This document shows, piece by piece, positions 63,659 to 64,000 of a stretch of DNA of 64,000 bases (positions within the stretch are counted from its first letter, which is position 1; every line of letters starts with the position of its first letter). The notes under the pieces are model-generated. The model was not told the origin of the DNA. It saw only the letters and a list, made by a program, of their open reading frames with translations, and searched no databases. The stretch spans positions 69,210,207 to 69,274,206 of the forward strand of contig NC_068988.1 of the NCBI RefSeq assembly GCF_001194135.2, read 5' to 3'. A program made the position numbers and the translations under genes. The DNA comes from Octopus bimaculoides. Taxonomy: Eukaryota.

Positions 63659-64000
63659 GATAAGGTAATCGAGGTCGTTAGAGTAAGTGACAGAGTACTT
63701 AAGATCAGACTAGTGCTTCATCATAGATTAGCTACTGTCATCTCAGCCTATGCACCTCAACCTGGGCTACCAGATGGTCTGAAAGACCAATTCTATGACA
63801 CCCTCTTGCAAACTACCTCGTCGACGAATGACAGGTACCTTCTCTTTGTGGCTGGAGACTTCAACGGTCATGTCGGACGTCGTACTGGGGGCTTCCATGG
63901 CATACATGGAGGCTATGGCTTCGGTTCCCGCAACGAGGAGGGAACCAGACTGCTGGAGTTCTGTGATGCAACCAATCTTATGGTCTGCAATACCAACTTC
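63659..64000 (+). mobile_element. RTE-clade LINE APE-endonuclease, 5'-truncated, open frame running off the window
   Basis: 114 uninterrupted codons: DKVIEVVRVSDRVLKIRL...VISAYAPQPGL...VAGDFNGHVG...GYGFGSRNEEGTRLLEFCDATNLMVCNTNF. Confidence 0.95.

Overview
AT-rich animal genomic DNA with many microsatellites and 11 N-gaps (12879-12947, 13597-13817, 29032-29355, 31346-31355, 37439-37880, 38885-39757, 43723-43751, 52401-52410, 53695-53835, 54925-55807, 58065-58246). The SINE and RTE repertoire suggests an octopus/coleoid cephalopod draft assembly (inference from recognised repeats, not a database hit). I found no host exon, tRNA or rRNA gene that I can support, so the window reads as intronic or intergenic. 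Almost all ORFs in the track are microsatellite or N translations. Real coding remnants come from dead or partial transposons: about ten RTE-clade LINE fragments, an R4/Dong-like LINE, mariner, Tc1, maT-like and Tigger/pogo elements, a 3.7-kb deleted Helitron, and a Penelope-like element (RT plus GIY-YIG). There are also TA- and TTAA-type MITEs and five SINE-like families, labelled A-E here as working names, many of them nested. The most notable signals are three type I hammerhead-ribozyme folds (51235-51322 minus strand, core intact and next to the Penelope-like element; 6086-6139; 55841-55924), a ~98% identical 211-bp foldback, a 53-bp duplication around an RTE-type tail, Asn-rich expansions in the Penelope-like ORF, a PHD-like Cys cluster inside the RTE RT, and modular SINE shuffling.
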